This document shows, one piece after another, positions 26,507-39,779 of a stretch of DNA of 63,971 bases. The stretch's first letter is position 1, and each line of letters begins with the position of its first letter. Origin of the DNA: Paraspadella gotoi (taxonomy: Eukaryota > Animalia > Chaetognatha). The stretch covers positions 21,943,926 to 22,007,896 of the forward strand of contig CM119270.1 of the NCBI GenBank assembly GCA_051294375.1, written 5' to 3'. The notes under the pieces were generated by a model that saw only the letters and a list, made by a program, of their open reading frames with translations, ran no database searches and was not told the DNA's origin. A program made the translations under genes and the position numbers.

Positions 26507-26892
26507 TTTTAGTTACGCCGCGAGTACTCGCGGAGCAACTCTATAAGTCACTTTTCGGTCGGTCTGTCGGTCGGTATGTCTATCTGTCGGTCATACTTAC
26601 GTTAAAAATGCACATTATTTGCCTATACTTAGTTGCTTATATGTTAAGACAGCAAAAACCTCAAATCTAAGGGACAGCTAGCGCCGCCTTCAGGAAATCA
26701 TAAAACTATACAGAATAAAAACTGAATTCCGATGCAGTACGTCTCATAAATGCACAGGCGAAGAAAGTTATTGTACTCACGAGTCATGTCATGTCGCATC
26801 ATGTTATGTCATGTCACGAGAAATACTCGTGAAAATAAAGTCACTGCGGCGCAACACAATGGATGAACCGATAGGTAGAATTATTTTTGTTT
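26507..26892 (+). mobile_element. Non-autonomous Helentron/DINE-1-like (HINE-like) element
   Basis: T-run start TTTTAGTT, perfect palindrome CCGCGAGTACTCGCGG (26518-26533), (GTCG/GTCT)n microsatellite, shared blocks AGCGCCGCCT, CCGATGCAGT, (GTCAT)n and CACTGCGGCGCAA near the 3' end. Family assignment is by architecture only. Confidence 0.55.
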
Positions 26893-27648
26893 AATTTTTT
26901 TTCAAGGGACAACGTCAAAAATTAGAAGTTAACTCATTAACTACGTAATATTAATAACTAATAAGTTTTATTTAACATGTATTAGGTAATTTTATATTTT
27001 TGTTTGTCAAGATAATTGTAAGTTTTATTTAAGTTACATAATTATTGTTTTTGTTTCTTTGCTGAAGTATTTTCGTTTGATACTACCATCTAGGTAAAAA
27101 GTATATCACATATTTAGTATAAGATATCTACTTGAAAAATTGTTCAATTTTTAAAAAAATCAGAATGTTTTAGAATCTTTCCTTTCAGTAGCTTTCTTTC
27201 ATTTTTTTGTAGCTCAGATCGTTCAGAAGTTGTAATCCGAAAATGATCGCTACCTGATGCTGATGAAGACTCGAACAAAACAAGAGTTAACTAATTTGTA
27301 TTAAAAATCGTTGTAAAATTATTAAAAACTTTCATTTTCGAATCTCATGAACAACGAAAAGAGAGAAAATGTCTTCCTCAAGTAAAAAAATAAATTTAAT
27401 TTTTTCCATTCTCGGTATTGCGTGAATTGTTTTTATTTTGAATTAGTGAGTTAGTATTTGCTTGTAAAAGCCTCGCCTCTGCCGAACAGTTGACAAGCTA
27501 TTGTTAGTATTTGCTTGTAAAAGCTTATCCTCTGCCGATCAGTTGACAAGCTATTGTTTCAGAATTTTCTTGACAAATTCGTTTAGACCGAAGGCTGATG
27601 GGTATTTTTGTTGCGGGCATTTGTTGACGTTTTGTTCCTTCGGTTTTG

Positions 27649-29119
27649 GCCTCTTGTCGCATCAATGGTCGAGGAAGAAAATAGATGCAGAAGGAGATGA
27701 AAGGAGAGAAGGAGACTCCAAGGGTTGGTTGCAATGGGGGGGAGGTGAAGGTTGGTTGGTTGGTGTTGCAGATGGTGGTGGTGAATTCGTTGCGGGCGGA
27801 GAAAAACTTGTCACATGTTTGACCTCGTTGGTTGAAAATAAGTAAACGAGGTTATGTGATTTCAGCCGATGGTTCTTCGCTGCTGCTGCTGCTGCTGTTG
27901 CTGTTGTTGTCCGGATTATTGCAAGACGCTGAGAGAAACGGAGGGCCCAGAGGTGTAAGCAGTGCCAGCGGCGGCGGCGGTAGAAGCGATGGCACGCGGC
28001 GGCGGCAGCGGCGGCAGCGGAGTCAGCGGCGGCGAATGTTACGACAAAATGTCTCTTGGGTTTGGAATCCGTTAGATTCGTTGACATTCATTACATTCGC
28101 CTTTTGAAGATTTTTTTTTTATTTTTGGCTTCAAAGAAAATATATTTTATTTCTTACTTTTTTTCCCAGGAGAAAGAGGATGAAGAGGAGGAGGAGGAGG
28201 AGGATGAAGAAGAGGAGCAGGAGGAAGAGGAAGATGATGAGGACGAGCAAGAGAAGAAAGAGGCATCGCTGTGAAATCACAAACAACATTTGTTAACTTA
28301 GAAAGGAATTAAGCAATGCCGTGACTGGAGTTCAGCCGGAGACCGGTTCCTCTTTTTTGTTTTTCTTTTTGTTTTATTTTTCCTCCTTTTTGTTTTTTCT
28401 TTTTGTTTTATATTTTTTACTTTCTTCCGTTTATCTTTCCTAACACTCTTTCTCTCTCCTTTCCTCCTTCTCTTCCTCGCTCAATTCCTCCTTTCCTTCC
28501 TCTCCTTTCCCTTCCATTTCTTCCTTCCCTACTTCTCTCCTTTCCTTGCTCCTTTCCTTTTTCCCATACTCCCACCCTTATTCTCTCCTTTCCTCCGTCC
28601 TTTCCTCCTTCCCTTCCTCCCTCATTTCCTCCCTACCTTTCTCCCCCTTTTCACCTTTCCTCCCTTCTTCTCTCCCTTCCTATCTCCTCTCAACCTTCTG
28701 TTTTACATTCCTTTCGCGTTTTCACTTCATTTAACCTCGAATCCGATTTTACTTTTTTTTTCTTCTTTCTGATTCTTATTTTATTTCGTCACATTTTATG
28801 CACAGAAATTCTTTTACATTTCCTTCATTTTACAAAGTTTTTACTTCAATCCTTCATTAAATTTTTATATTTTTTTAGCTTTGAGTCAACATCTCAGTTA
28901 CTACAACAATAAACGGCATTTGTTCATATAAAATAGAATCTTTTTTCGTTTTTGTCGCAATAATGTCACAATAGGTAAAGTGGACAATAGGCGTACAAGA
29001 AGAATATAATAAATATATAAATAATTTACTAATAAACTGATTCTACATGTTCTGTTTCTAATATGGGTATACAATAAAACATTTTTTGTTGATTTCTTTT
29101 TTGATTTTTTTCTCTCTCT

Positions 29120-29195
<76 letters not shown>

Positions 29196-29615
29196 GCTCT
29201 CTACCTCGTAGGCAGATCAATGGCTGCTGACTCTGACACTTAATACCGCAGCCAACGTTACTGCTGCCAAGCTGCTGGTACGGACAGTAATGCAGCGAGA
29301 GAAGGAACGAGCCTTACTTTGTCCTGAGGCTTAATTCTCACTTACCCAACCAGAGTCCTCTATTTAACCCCAAGGCAACAAATATCGATGCGTTTATGAT
29401 TAATTTATTCTCCGGTTTTTTACCACCACTTCCCTTTGACTACAGAGAGAGAGAGAGAGAGAAAGAGGAGGATGGAGAGGAGGAGACGAGAGAGATGAGA
29501 GATGAGACGACGAGAGGAGACCATGGACTAGATTTTTTTGTCCTGTAAAATTGTGACTTAATTTTCTCTCAGGTGGAAATCCCAACCCTTTCGAATACCT
29601 TATATACGGCTTTCT

Positions 29616-29689
<74 letters not shown>

Positions 29690-31822
29690 AGTTTTACAGC
29701 TGGTGCCAGGATGTACTCGAGAGCAATTCATTCGAATCGGTAGGTGTGCGCGTTGGTTGGTCTTTTCTTTTTCGCGTTCGGATCTGGTCGCGTTTTTTGG
29801 ATAATTGTCTTTATGTAATTCGATGTTCTGAGATTATTTATTAGATTCCTTTAATCCAAATTTGCTTTCCTCAATTTAAAATTCTAACATACAATTCAAC
29901 TTAATTAACTTAATATACATTCACTTTATTAGGCTTACTTGACTTACCTTTAATCACTTGACTTACCTTTAATCTCTTGACTTACCTTTAATCATTTGAC
30001 TTACCTTTAATCACCTTGCCTCAAGACGTCTCGACAGAATTTTTTTTTCGAAGTTGAAAACGCAAACGACTACAATATGCAAATTAGTCTCTTGTCTCGA
30101 TTTTTTTTTCAAACGAAGAAAACTCCGTTTTTTTTATTCAAGCAGCTTCGATCATCAATGTGTGAGAGAGAGAGNNNNNNNNNNNNNNNNNNNNNNNNNG
30201 GCCTCCTTGTCGCATCAGATGCGACGAGGAAGAAAATAGATGCAGTAATGGCAGATTGCAAAGGAGAGAAGGAGACTCCAAGGTTTGGTTGGCTAAATGG
30301 GTGGGGAGGTTGAAGGTGGTATGCGCTTGGTGTTTGCAGATGTGTGTGGTGGTGAATTCGTTGCTGGGCGGGAGAAAAACTTGTTCACAGTGTTTGACCT
30401 CGTTGGTTGACAATATAAGTAAACACTCTATGTGATTTCAGCGGATTGCGTTCTTCGCCTGCTGCTGTAACTGCTGCTGTGCTGTTGTTGTCCGTGATTA
30501 TTGCAAGACGTCTGAGAGAAACGGAGGGCCCAGTAGTGTAAAAGCCAGTGCGCTGCGGCAGGTGAGGCGGCGCTGGCAGGTGAGCGCGGTTGGGGGCACG
30601 CGGCGTCGGCACGGGCAGCGCGGCGACCGTCAGCGGCGGCGAATGTTACGACATAAAAATGTCTCTTGCGTTTGGAATCACGTTAATGATTCGTTGACAT
30701 CATTACTTCGCCTTTTGAAGATTTTTTTTTTTATTTGGCTTTCAATAGAAAAATATTATTTTTATTTCTTACTTTTTCAGCGACTCGAGAGAGAGCATGA
30801 GGCAGAGGAGGTGAGGATTGAAGGGAGAGGAGCAGGAGGCAAAGCGAAGATGCATGCAGGACGCAGCAGGGCAGAAGAAAGACGCATCGCTGTGAAATCA
30901 CAAACAACATTTGTTAACTTAGAAAGCGATTTTAAGCAATGCGCTGTGCACTGGAGTTCAGCCTGTGAGTACCGCGTTCCTCTTTTTGGTTTTCTTTCTT
31001 CTTTTATTTCATCCCTCCTTTTTGTTTTTCGTTCTTGTTTTATTTTTTTACTTTCTTTCCTTTATCTATTTCCTAACTACTCCTCTCTCTCTCCTTCCTC
31101 CTCTTCTCCTTCCTCGCCTCATCTCCCTTCCTCTCCTCTCTTTCCCTTCCATTTCTTCCTTCCCTACTTCTCTTCCTTTCCTTGCTCCTTTTCCTCTTTC
31201 CCATACTCCCACCCTATATCTCACCTTTCCTCCGCTTCCTCCTTCCCTCCTGCCTGCTCATCTCCTTCCCTACCTTTCTCTCCCTTTTCTACCTTCCTTC
31301 TTCTTCTCTTCTCTCCCTTCCTATCTCCTCTCAACCTTCTGGTTTTACATTCCCTTTCGCGTTTTCACTTCATTTTAACCTCGATCCGATTTACCTTTTT
31401 TTTTTGTTCCTCTTTCGATTCTTATTTTATTTCGCTCACATTTATGCCAAGAATTCTTTTACATTTCCTTCAGTTATACTAAAAGTTTTTACTTCATATC
31501 TTTTATTTAAATTATATTTTTTTAGATTTGAGTCAAAAGTCCATTACGTACTCAACAATAAACTGGCATTATGTTTCATATAAACAAGAATCTTTTTTCC
31601 GTTATTGTCTCAAATAATGTCACAATAGGTATAAGTGGATCAATAGGCGTACAAGAAGCAATAGTAAATAATATTATAAATAAATTGTACTAATAAACTG
31701 ATTCTACATGTTCTGGTTTCTAATATGGGTATACAAATTAAATACATCTTTTTTCTTCGTTGATTCATCTCTTTCTCTTCTCTTCTCTCTCTTCCTCTCT
31801 CCTCTCTCTCTCTCTCTCTTCT

Positions 31823-31860
<38 letters not shown>

Positions 31861-32326
31861 TCTATGGCAATCAATGGCTGCTGACTCTGACCACTTAATA
31901 CGCAGCCAACGTTACTGCTGCAAGCTGCGGATACGGATCAGTAGATGCCAGCGAGCAGAAAGGAACTAGCCTTACTTGGTCCTGAGGGCTTAATTTCTCA
32001 CTACCCAACCAGCAGTCCTCTATTTAACCCCAAGGCAACAAATATCGATGCGTTATGATTACTTTATTTCTCCGGGTTTTTTAACCACCACTTCCTTATT
32101 GTACGAATACGAGAGAGAAGATGAGAAGAAGGAGAGAGAGAGAGAGAGAGAGAGAGGAGAGGAGGAGACGAGAGAGAGAGAGATGAGACGAGAGAGGAGA
32201 CCATGGACTAGATTTTTTTATGTCTGTAAAATTCGTGACCTTAATTTTCTCTCAGGTGGAAATCCCAACCCTTTCAATACCTTATATACGGCCTTTCTAC
32301 TTTCTCTCTCTCTCTCTCTCCTCTCT

Positions 32327-32370
<44 letters not shown>

Positions 32371-32860
32371 TTCGTACAGTGGTGCCAGGATGTACTCGAG
32401 AGCAATCATTTCGATCGGTAGGTGCGCGTTTGGTTGGTCTTTTCGTTCGCGTTCGGTCGGTCGGCGTTTTTTGATAATTGTCTTTATGTAATTCGAATGT
32501 TCTGAGAATTTATTTTATTAGATTTCGTTTAATCCAGAACTTTGCTTTCTCAATTTTTAAATTCAACTATACAATTTCAACTTAATGTAACTTAATTATA
32601 CATTCACTTCTATTAGGCTTACTTGACTTACCTTTAAGTCACTTGACTTACCTTTAATCTCTTGACTACCTTTAATCATGACTTACCTTTAATCACCTTG
32701 CCTCAAGATAGTCTCGACATGCAATTTTTTTCGAAGTTGAAAGACGCAAACGACCTACAATATGCAAATTAGTCTCTTGTCTCGATATTTTTTTCAAACG
32801 AGAGAAAACTCGTTTTTTTTATTTCAAGCCTAGCTTCGATCTCAACTGTGTGAGAGAGAG
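27649..32860. repeat. ~2.55-kb tandem duplication across a 25-N gap (30175-30199); likely gap overfill
   Basis: 27649-30174 is repeated at 30200-32860 with many 1-nt insertions. Confidence 0.88.
29935..30015. repeat. ~20-bp minisatellite
   Basis: CTTGACTTACCTTTAATCA x4; repeated at ~32620-32697. Confidence 0.8.
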
Positions 32861-32916
32861 GAGTATTAAGAGTTGAGAGATGAGAGATAGATGACTGAGA
32901 GATGAGTCGGCAGAGT

Positions 32917-32951
<35 letters not shown>

Positions 32952-33084
32952 GAGAGCACAATATCAACAATAAAACTTTAAAATTATATTTTCTAAATAT
33001 TATTTACTATAAAACTCGTTGCCAAACAACGAAATCTCACAAGTCACAACAACAACAACAAAAAAGAGCAAATATTCGATTCCC

Positions 33085-33214
33085 TCGTTTGTCGTTTGGT
33101 TCGTTGTCGTCGTCGTTGTTGTCGTTGTTGTCGTTGTTGTCGTTGTTGTCGTCGTCATAGTCGTTTGTGACAGCAGTTTTCTCTTCTCCTCTGCCGCCTC
33201 GATCATGATCATTG

Positions 33215-33246
<32 letters not shown>

Positions 33247-33248
33247 AA

Positions 33249-33303
<55 letters not shown>

Positions 33304-33446
33304 ACCACAAGCAATTCCTCTTCTTGATTTCAACTTTCATTGTCGTCGTCGTTGTCATCGTCGTCGTCGTTGTCATCGTCGTCGTCATCGTCGTCGTCGT
33401 TATCTTATTCGTCGTCACAACAATAAAATTAGAAAATGATTTTAAG

Positions 33447-33478
<32 letters not shown>

Positions 33479-33640
33479 ATTATCGTCTTTGTCCTCGTTG
33501 TCCATCGTGCGTTTATAAAATCTCCCTTGATGATTTCAAAATCTTTGTCGTTGAAAACATTCACATTGTATTCGTCGTCGTTGTCGTCGTTGTCGTCGTC
33601 GTCTTCGTCGTCGTCGTCGTCGTCGTTAACATCGTCGTTT
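33085..33640. repeat. Compound trinucleotide microsatellite (GTT/GTC/CAT)n
   Basis: Long (CAT)n at 33215-33302 with (GTC)n/(GTT)n blocks. Confidence 0.9.
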
Positions 33641-34419
33641 TCGCCGAAGTTTAACTCGCCAATAAAATTTGGAATACATTATTATTAAATTATTAAACTT
33701 TTTTTTTACTTTGGTAAAACTTAACATCCGAATTGTTAATTTGTTGTTAAGTAGTTTTTATCAATATAGAAAACGAAAAACATTTTTTAACCATCTACGT
33801 GAACAGAAGAAAAATAACAGGGATAAATATCCTTTTTTTCTTCTAAAAATAAGCAATACCTCCAGAATATGAGGCATAAAGGTCAGCATTAATAATCCAT
33901 TAAACATGCGCGGTTGGACAATGTGACAATAGACTGACAGGGATGAAGACAGACGGACTCAGAGGAGGAGGAAGAGGAGGAAGAGAAGGAGAAAGAGCAG
34001 GAGGAGGAAGATAAAGAAAAGGAGGAGGAGGAGGAAAAGGGGGAAGGGGAGGAGGAAGAGGAGGAGAAAAAGAAGAAAGGGGAGGAGGAGACGGATGAAA
34101 AAGATAAAAGGAAGGAGGTAAGGAGAAGAGGGAAAATGAAGGAGGACAGAGGGAGGAAGGAAGAGGAGGAGGAGGAAGAGGAGGAGAAAAAGAAGAAAGG
34201 GGAGGAGGAGACGGATAAAAAAGGTAAAAGGAAGGAGGAAGGAGGAAGAGGAAATGAAAGAGGAAGAGGAAGAGGAGGAGGAAGATGAGGAGGAAGAAGA
34301 GGAGCTCGAGTGGAAAAAAACGCGAATGATGGGAAAAAAATTCATAGTCGATTTTCGGAGGAAAAAAAAAAGATTTTGGTCGAGAGAGAAAACATTACTG
34401 AGGAAGGAAGACTGACAGG

Positions 34420-34512
34420 ACAAGTTGAACAGGAAGACCGACAAGCTGAACAGGAAGACCGACAAGCTGAACAGGAAGAACGACAAGCTGAACAGGAAGA
34501 ACGACAAGTTGG
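34420..34512. repeat. 21-bp minisatellite
   Basis: ACAAGCTGAACAGGAAGA(C/A)CG, about 4.5 copies. Confidence 0.85.
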
Positions 34513-34964
34513 AAAGAAAGACTGAAGAAACGTTTAGCCCATCTCTTTCCCTCGGACGCATTTGACCAAAGCTGAACTCGTTACTTTATTTTAGGCATTT
34601 GAAGGTCAATTTTGACTCCAGTTTTAAGTTTATTTTTTGAGAAAATCTTGACCGTTTTTCATTCGTTTTGGTGACCAAATCAAGAACTATTTTTGGTCCG
34701 TCCGAAACTCCGTTATTTCGGGTTTCTGGAGCGTGTTTTGTGTGTTTATTTAATTTAATATAAATTCGTTTCTTGAACTCTTGTCAAAACATCTTTGGAC
34801 GGGCGAAACGAAAGATAGACTCCGCGGGCGAGAAGATAGAATTCTTCAAAGACCGAAATGTCGGACAGAAAGATCGACAATCCTATAACGCTTGGCCGAC
34901 AATTGACGGCCAATGCTCTCAATTGTTTTTTTATTTTGCCCTATTTTCGTTATACCATTAGCCA

Positions 34965-35150
34965 AGCCAAGTTTTCTAATGCCTGTTTTGTTAGTTTTGT
35001 TTTCTAAGCCCTGTTTTCCAAGGCTTTTTTTCTAAGCCATTTTTAGGCCCCGTTTTAAAATCGTTTTAAACCCACTTTTCTAAGCCCTGTTTTCTAAGCC
35101 CTGTTTTCTAAGCCCCGTATTCTAAGCCCTTTTTTCTAATCCCTGTTTTC
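34965..35150. repeat. 14-bp minisatellite
   Basis: CTAAGCCCTGTTTT, degenerate array. Confidence 0.75.
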
Positions 35151-35308
35151 TCAAAATAAAAAAAAGAACAGAGCCAAGTCATAACCAGCGACGACCAACA
35201 CAATGGAGGTCAACCCATAAGCTGTCCGCCCATTACTCACCCTCAGGGCCTCACCCTTTCCTCGCCTAAACCTCTCACAATTTGGGTGGGTGTGGATTCG
35301 AGAGTGAG

Positions 35309-35391
<83 letters not shown>

Positions 35392-35452
35392 AGAGACTTT
35401 AGAAATTCTTGTAGGGGGTCTTTAGATTGATGTAGAAATCGACGTCGGGTTT

Positions 35453-35498
<46 letters not shown>

Positions 35499-36044
35499 CG
35501 AAGAGAGAGAGAGAGAGAGAGAGAAGGAGAGAAGGAGAGAGAGAGATTCCATCCTCGCTTCGGTAATATGACCAAATATGGACATGAATTGAAGAAAGAG
35601 AATTTGAGCAATGGAGCCGCCGTGAGAAATGAGGCCTCGAGAGAGGGTCGGGGAAAATAAGGAAGTGGACAGAAAGAAAGATGGAAAGAAAGAAAGAATG
35701 ATAGAAAGAAAAATGGAGAGAGGGATTGAAAGAATGATGGAAAGAAAGAGAGAATGATAGAAAGAAAAATGTAGAGAAAGATGGAAAGAAAGATGGAAAG
35801 ATGACAAGAAAGTTGGAATTATGAAAAGAAAGATTGAAAGAAAGAAAGAAACTTCCGTTACTATACCTTTAAATTGGTACAACCTATAAAACCTAGACAA
35901 ACATTTAGTATATTTTCTCTAAGAATTATAATTTGCCATGGATGTATTACTTTCATAAGATATTATCATAGCAAGTTAAAAGTAGTTTTCAAAACTCTCT
36001 ATCTCTCTGAGAAATTATTAAAATAAAAAAGCTGTCCATTTTTA

Positions 36045-36323
36045 TAAATCACTTTTCGGTCGGTCTGTCGGTCGGTCGATCTGTCGGTCTGTCTGTCCGT
36101 AGGTCTGTCTTACTCAAATATAAGTGACTACTAACGCCGCCTTCAGGAAACTTAAAATTATAAAGAATAAAAGACGGAATTCCAATGCAGTGCGTGTCTT
36201 AAATTCAAATACAATATAAAGACGTTTGTTATATATAAATTTCCTAGTCATGTGATCATAGGGAAATATATTTGAAAAGAAAGTCACTGCGGCGCAACAC
36301 ATTGGATGGACCGATCTGGTTTT
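36045..36323 (+). mobile_element. HINE-like repeat, same family as 26507-26892
   Basis: CACTTTTCGGTCGGTCTGTCGG..., ACTACTAACGCCGCCTTCAGGAAA, CCAATGCAGTGCGTGTC, AAAGTCACTGCGGCGCAACACA. Confidence 0.55.
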
Positions 36324-36561
36324 CAAAAGTTCTGACTTTACATAGTTTTGTATAATTAGAAACTTTACATAGCATAGCCTGTCAAAGTCACGGTTAAGAC
36401 AGCTTATTTATTGAAAAATTACATTGGTTGTACCAATTTCATAAAATTCAGCTCCTTGTATTTTGATGCTAGTGCGGAGTACAATAAGTATTCCCCGATC
36501 TAATACTTAAGGGAGTGGTCTTTTCATACAATTGAAACATTCTTTGAAATATTATACCACT

Positions 36562-36900
36562 TCATTGATAGGGAAGCCAGGTACTCTGGGAGTGAATAAA
36601 CGAGACTGTGAGAGAGTCTTGATTGAAAGCTTGCAGGGACCTGCTATGTCATTATCTTGTAAGAGTGATGGAGGCCTTAAACCACCAAAGCCTGTCCAAA
36701 GTCAGGGGCAAGATAGCTTATTTATTAAATGAATGGATAATTTTTATATTGGTTGTACCAATTTCATATAATTATTTAATAATTATCTTGAAAGAGTGAT
36801 GAAGGCCTTAAACCACCAAAGTAGGTCCAAAGTCAGGGGCAAGATAGCTTATTTATTAAATGAATGGATAATTTTTTATATTGGTTGTACCAATTTCATA
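36562..36900 (+). repeat. Unclassified ~210-bp dispersed repeat (copies at 8288-8495, 18460-18660 inverted, 58860-59000; partial tandem duplication here)
   Basis: Shared GATTGAAAGCTTGCAG..CCTGCTATGTCATTATCTTGTAAGAGTGATGGAGG..CAAAGTCAGGG..CAAGATAGC. Confidence 0.75.
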
Positions 36901-38137
36901 AAATTACTAATTAATCTTAAACTAATTTTATCTTCACCACCACCACCTCGAAATTTTCTTCGTTCTTTTTTTTCGCTTAGGCCTTCATCGTCTGACCCAA
37001 AAAAGAAAGAAAACTGATTGATGGTCGGGAAAAAACCGAAAGTAGACCTCCTTCATCTGGAAAAAAAGAGAAAGGAAGGATTAGGAAAGAAATAAAAGGA
37101 GGGAAGAAACAAAAGGAAGGAAAGAAATAAAAGGGAGGAAAGAAATAAAAGGAGGGAAAAAAGAAAACGATGGAAAGAAATAAAAGGGAGCAAAAAAAGA
37201 AAAGAGAGATAAGAAATAAAAGGGAGGAAAGAAATAAAGGAGGGAAAAAAAGAAAAGGAAGAATGAAATAAAAGGGAGGAAAGAAATAAAAGGGAGGAAA
37301 GAAATAAAAGAAGGAAAGAAATAAAAGAAGGAAAGAAAGAAAAAGGAGGAAAAAAAAGGAAAAAAAGGAATAAAAGAGAGGAAAGAAAAAAAAGAGATGA
37401 AAGAAAGAAAAGGGAGGAAAATAAATGAAAAGAAAGAAAGAAATAGAGAAAGGAAAGTAATAATGGAAAGAGAGAAAAGGAGAGAAAGAAAAGGAAAGAA
37501 AGAAAATGAAAGAAAGAAAAAAAAAGAAAGAAATGGAAAGTTGTATAGGATAAAAAAATTTAATAATAAATGAATGCATGAACGAACTAATGAATAAATG
37601 AATGATTTAATAAATTAATGAAAATGAATATAGCATAAATAAAAGACACATTAGACGTGATAATGTCCTGAAGCTAAAAAACCGATGTTAAAGGAAATGT
37701 TTGAAAGACAAAAAAGGAGATAAGGTGAGGGACGCAAGGGTAAGTTACGAAGCGTGGAAACGCGAGGTCACTCTACGGTCATTGACCGGGTCAAATGAAA
37801 GGAGGTCGAATTTGTCGTCGTCGTCGTCGTCGTCGTCGTCCTCATCGCACTATGAGACCAAATTTTGGACAAAGCGAGAAAAGTCATCGATTTGGTGAAC
37901 GAAGATTGAGTCTCGCACTTGGGTGACCAAAGAGAAGGGGAGGAAGAGGGAAAAGGAGGAAGAGGAAGAAGGGGAGGAGAGAGAGAGAAGGGGAGGAGAG
38001 AGGGAGAAGAGAGAGGGATGGGGAAGTGGAAAGAGAGAGAGTGAAGAGAGAAAGAGAGAGAGAGAAGAGAAAGAGAGAGAATGAAAGAGATATGGAATGG
38101 AAGAGAAAGAGGAAAAGGCAGAGGAGAAAAAAAATAA

Positions 38138-38182
<45 letters not shown>

Positions 38183-38831
38183 GAGAGAGGGAGTCTGGCC
38201 CTGAAATTGGATTCCATTAGTCGTGACTAATGAAGACAGTCCAAGGCTTAACCCTCTTTCCTTTTTGGGGGCATTCGTTTTTTGGTGGTGGTCAATTAAA
38301 GGGGTGGCCAATTATAGGGGTGGTTTATTTAAGGGGTAGTTAATTAGAAGAGTGGTTAATTAGATGGGTAGTCAAACAGACGGGTGGTCAATTAGAGGAA
38401 GTGAATAAAGAGAGAATGAACTGAGTCCACTAAAACAGGATGTGCGTTACAAATTAAAACATAATATGCAAAATATTCTAACCTGAAAAGTTAAGAGAAA
38501 AGAAAAATTAGGAAATTATGCAATCATGAAGTACGTTCGACTTTGTTAGTTGTGTTGTTCAAGTGTACACTTGAGAAAAAAGGAGAACCCTACAAAATAT
38601 ATGACCTATTGCCGAATGGTAAATATACAATTATAATAAGAATAATAACAATAAAAACAATCGTATTACATTTGAATGAATTATATTAAACATCATAATA
38701 ACAACAACAGTTCGGCGTCGATCAAACTAAATTCCATCTATTTTTTTTTTTTTTTTTTTGCTTCCAATGATATTTTTGTTTCGGCAAGGATCATCAATCA
38801 ATGGGAGAGGCCTCTCGCTCTCTGTCTCTCT

Positions 38832-38910
<79 letters not shown>

Positions 38911-38990
38911 CTCTCTCTCTTCTTTCTCTTCATCTTCTCGCTGCTTCTTCTTTTGACTTTCGAGAAATTGGAAAGATCATAGTAATATTT

Positions 38991-39023
<33 letters not shown>

Positions 39024-39779
39024 GAGAGGAGAGAGATGAGAAGGAGAGAGAGAGAGACAGAGAGAGACAGAGAGAGAGCGCCTTTCCCAATCGATTAAAC
39101 AAGGAAAACAAACAAACGACAAAAACAACAACAAAAAATCTTCCTTTGTTTTTATTTTTATTTTAAAAATTAAATTTGGTTTATGAATTCACTCGATGCT
39201 TTAGTTTTAACGCTTGTCACGTCATATCATGCCATGTCTTGTCATGTCAAATTCACATTTTTTGTCTTCATTTTTATTTTACCTTTAGGGCAATAGAACA
39301 AAATTTTCACAAAGCTTAATCAGAATACGACAATATGCAAATGGTTTGAGGAACTCAATCTCATTTGAGATAATACACAAATTAATCTGCTACAGCTGCT
39401 GTCCAATTTCTCTCTATTTCTCTCTCTCTTTCTCTCTCTCTCTCTTTTAATTATATATCGCTCTCTCTTTTTTTTTCGTCGAAGATTCTTTTGATTCGTC
39501 TAAAAACAAGTTCGCTCTGCAGCGGCTGTCCAGCGGCTGTCCAGTATAATCTTCTACCATTTCATCATCACTTATTTCCAATCTATCGAGCGTCCAGCTC
39601 TTATGCCCCGACTAAACGATACCGTGGTGCTAATCTCCGTCTCTATCTTATTTCCAGGTTGATCTCTCATCGATCTCCCACATCTCTCTCCCCTCTCATC
39701 CACCGCCGAGTATCAGTCCTCTTCCTCTCTCTCGTCGTCCTAGTTATTTAACGTGATAATGTGTCATCGGCATCAATGA

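Noticed and set aside
27259-27295. CTGATGAAGACTC...GAGTT hammerhead-like start
   Set aside because: No GAAA core or cleavage triplet after stem II.
29693-29746. Possible micro-exon (tttacag...gtaggt)
   Set aside because: The two duplicate copies disagree in length and frame; no recognisable peptide.
30562-31482. Longest ORF (306 aa)
   Set aside because: Lies in the noisy duplicate; the frame is not preserved in the other copy (27950-28850); low complexity.
34310-34525. QAEQEDR repeat peptide ORF
   Set aside because: Explained by the 21-bp minisatellite; no splice or other coding support.
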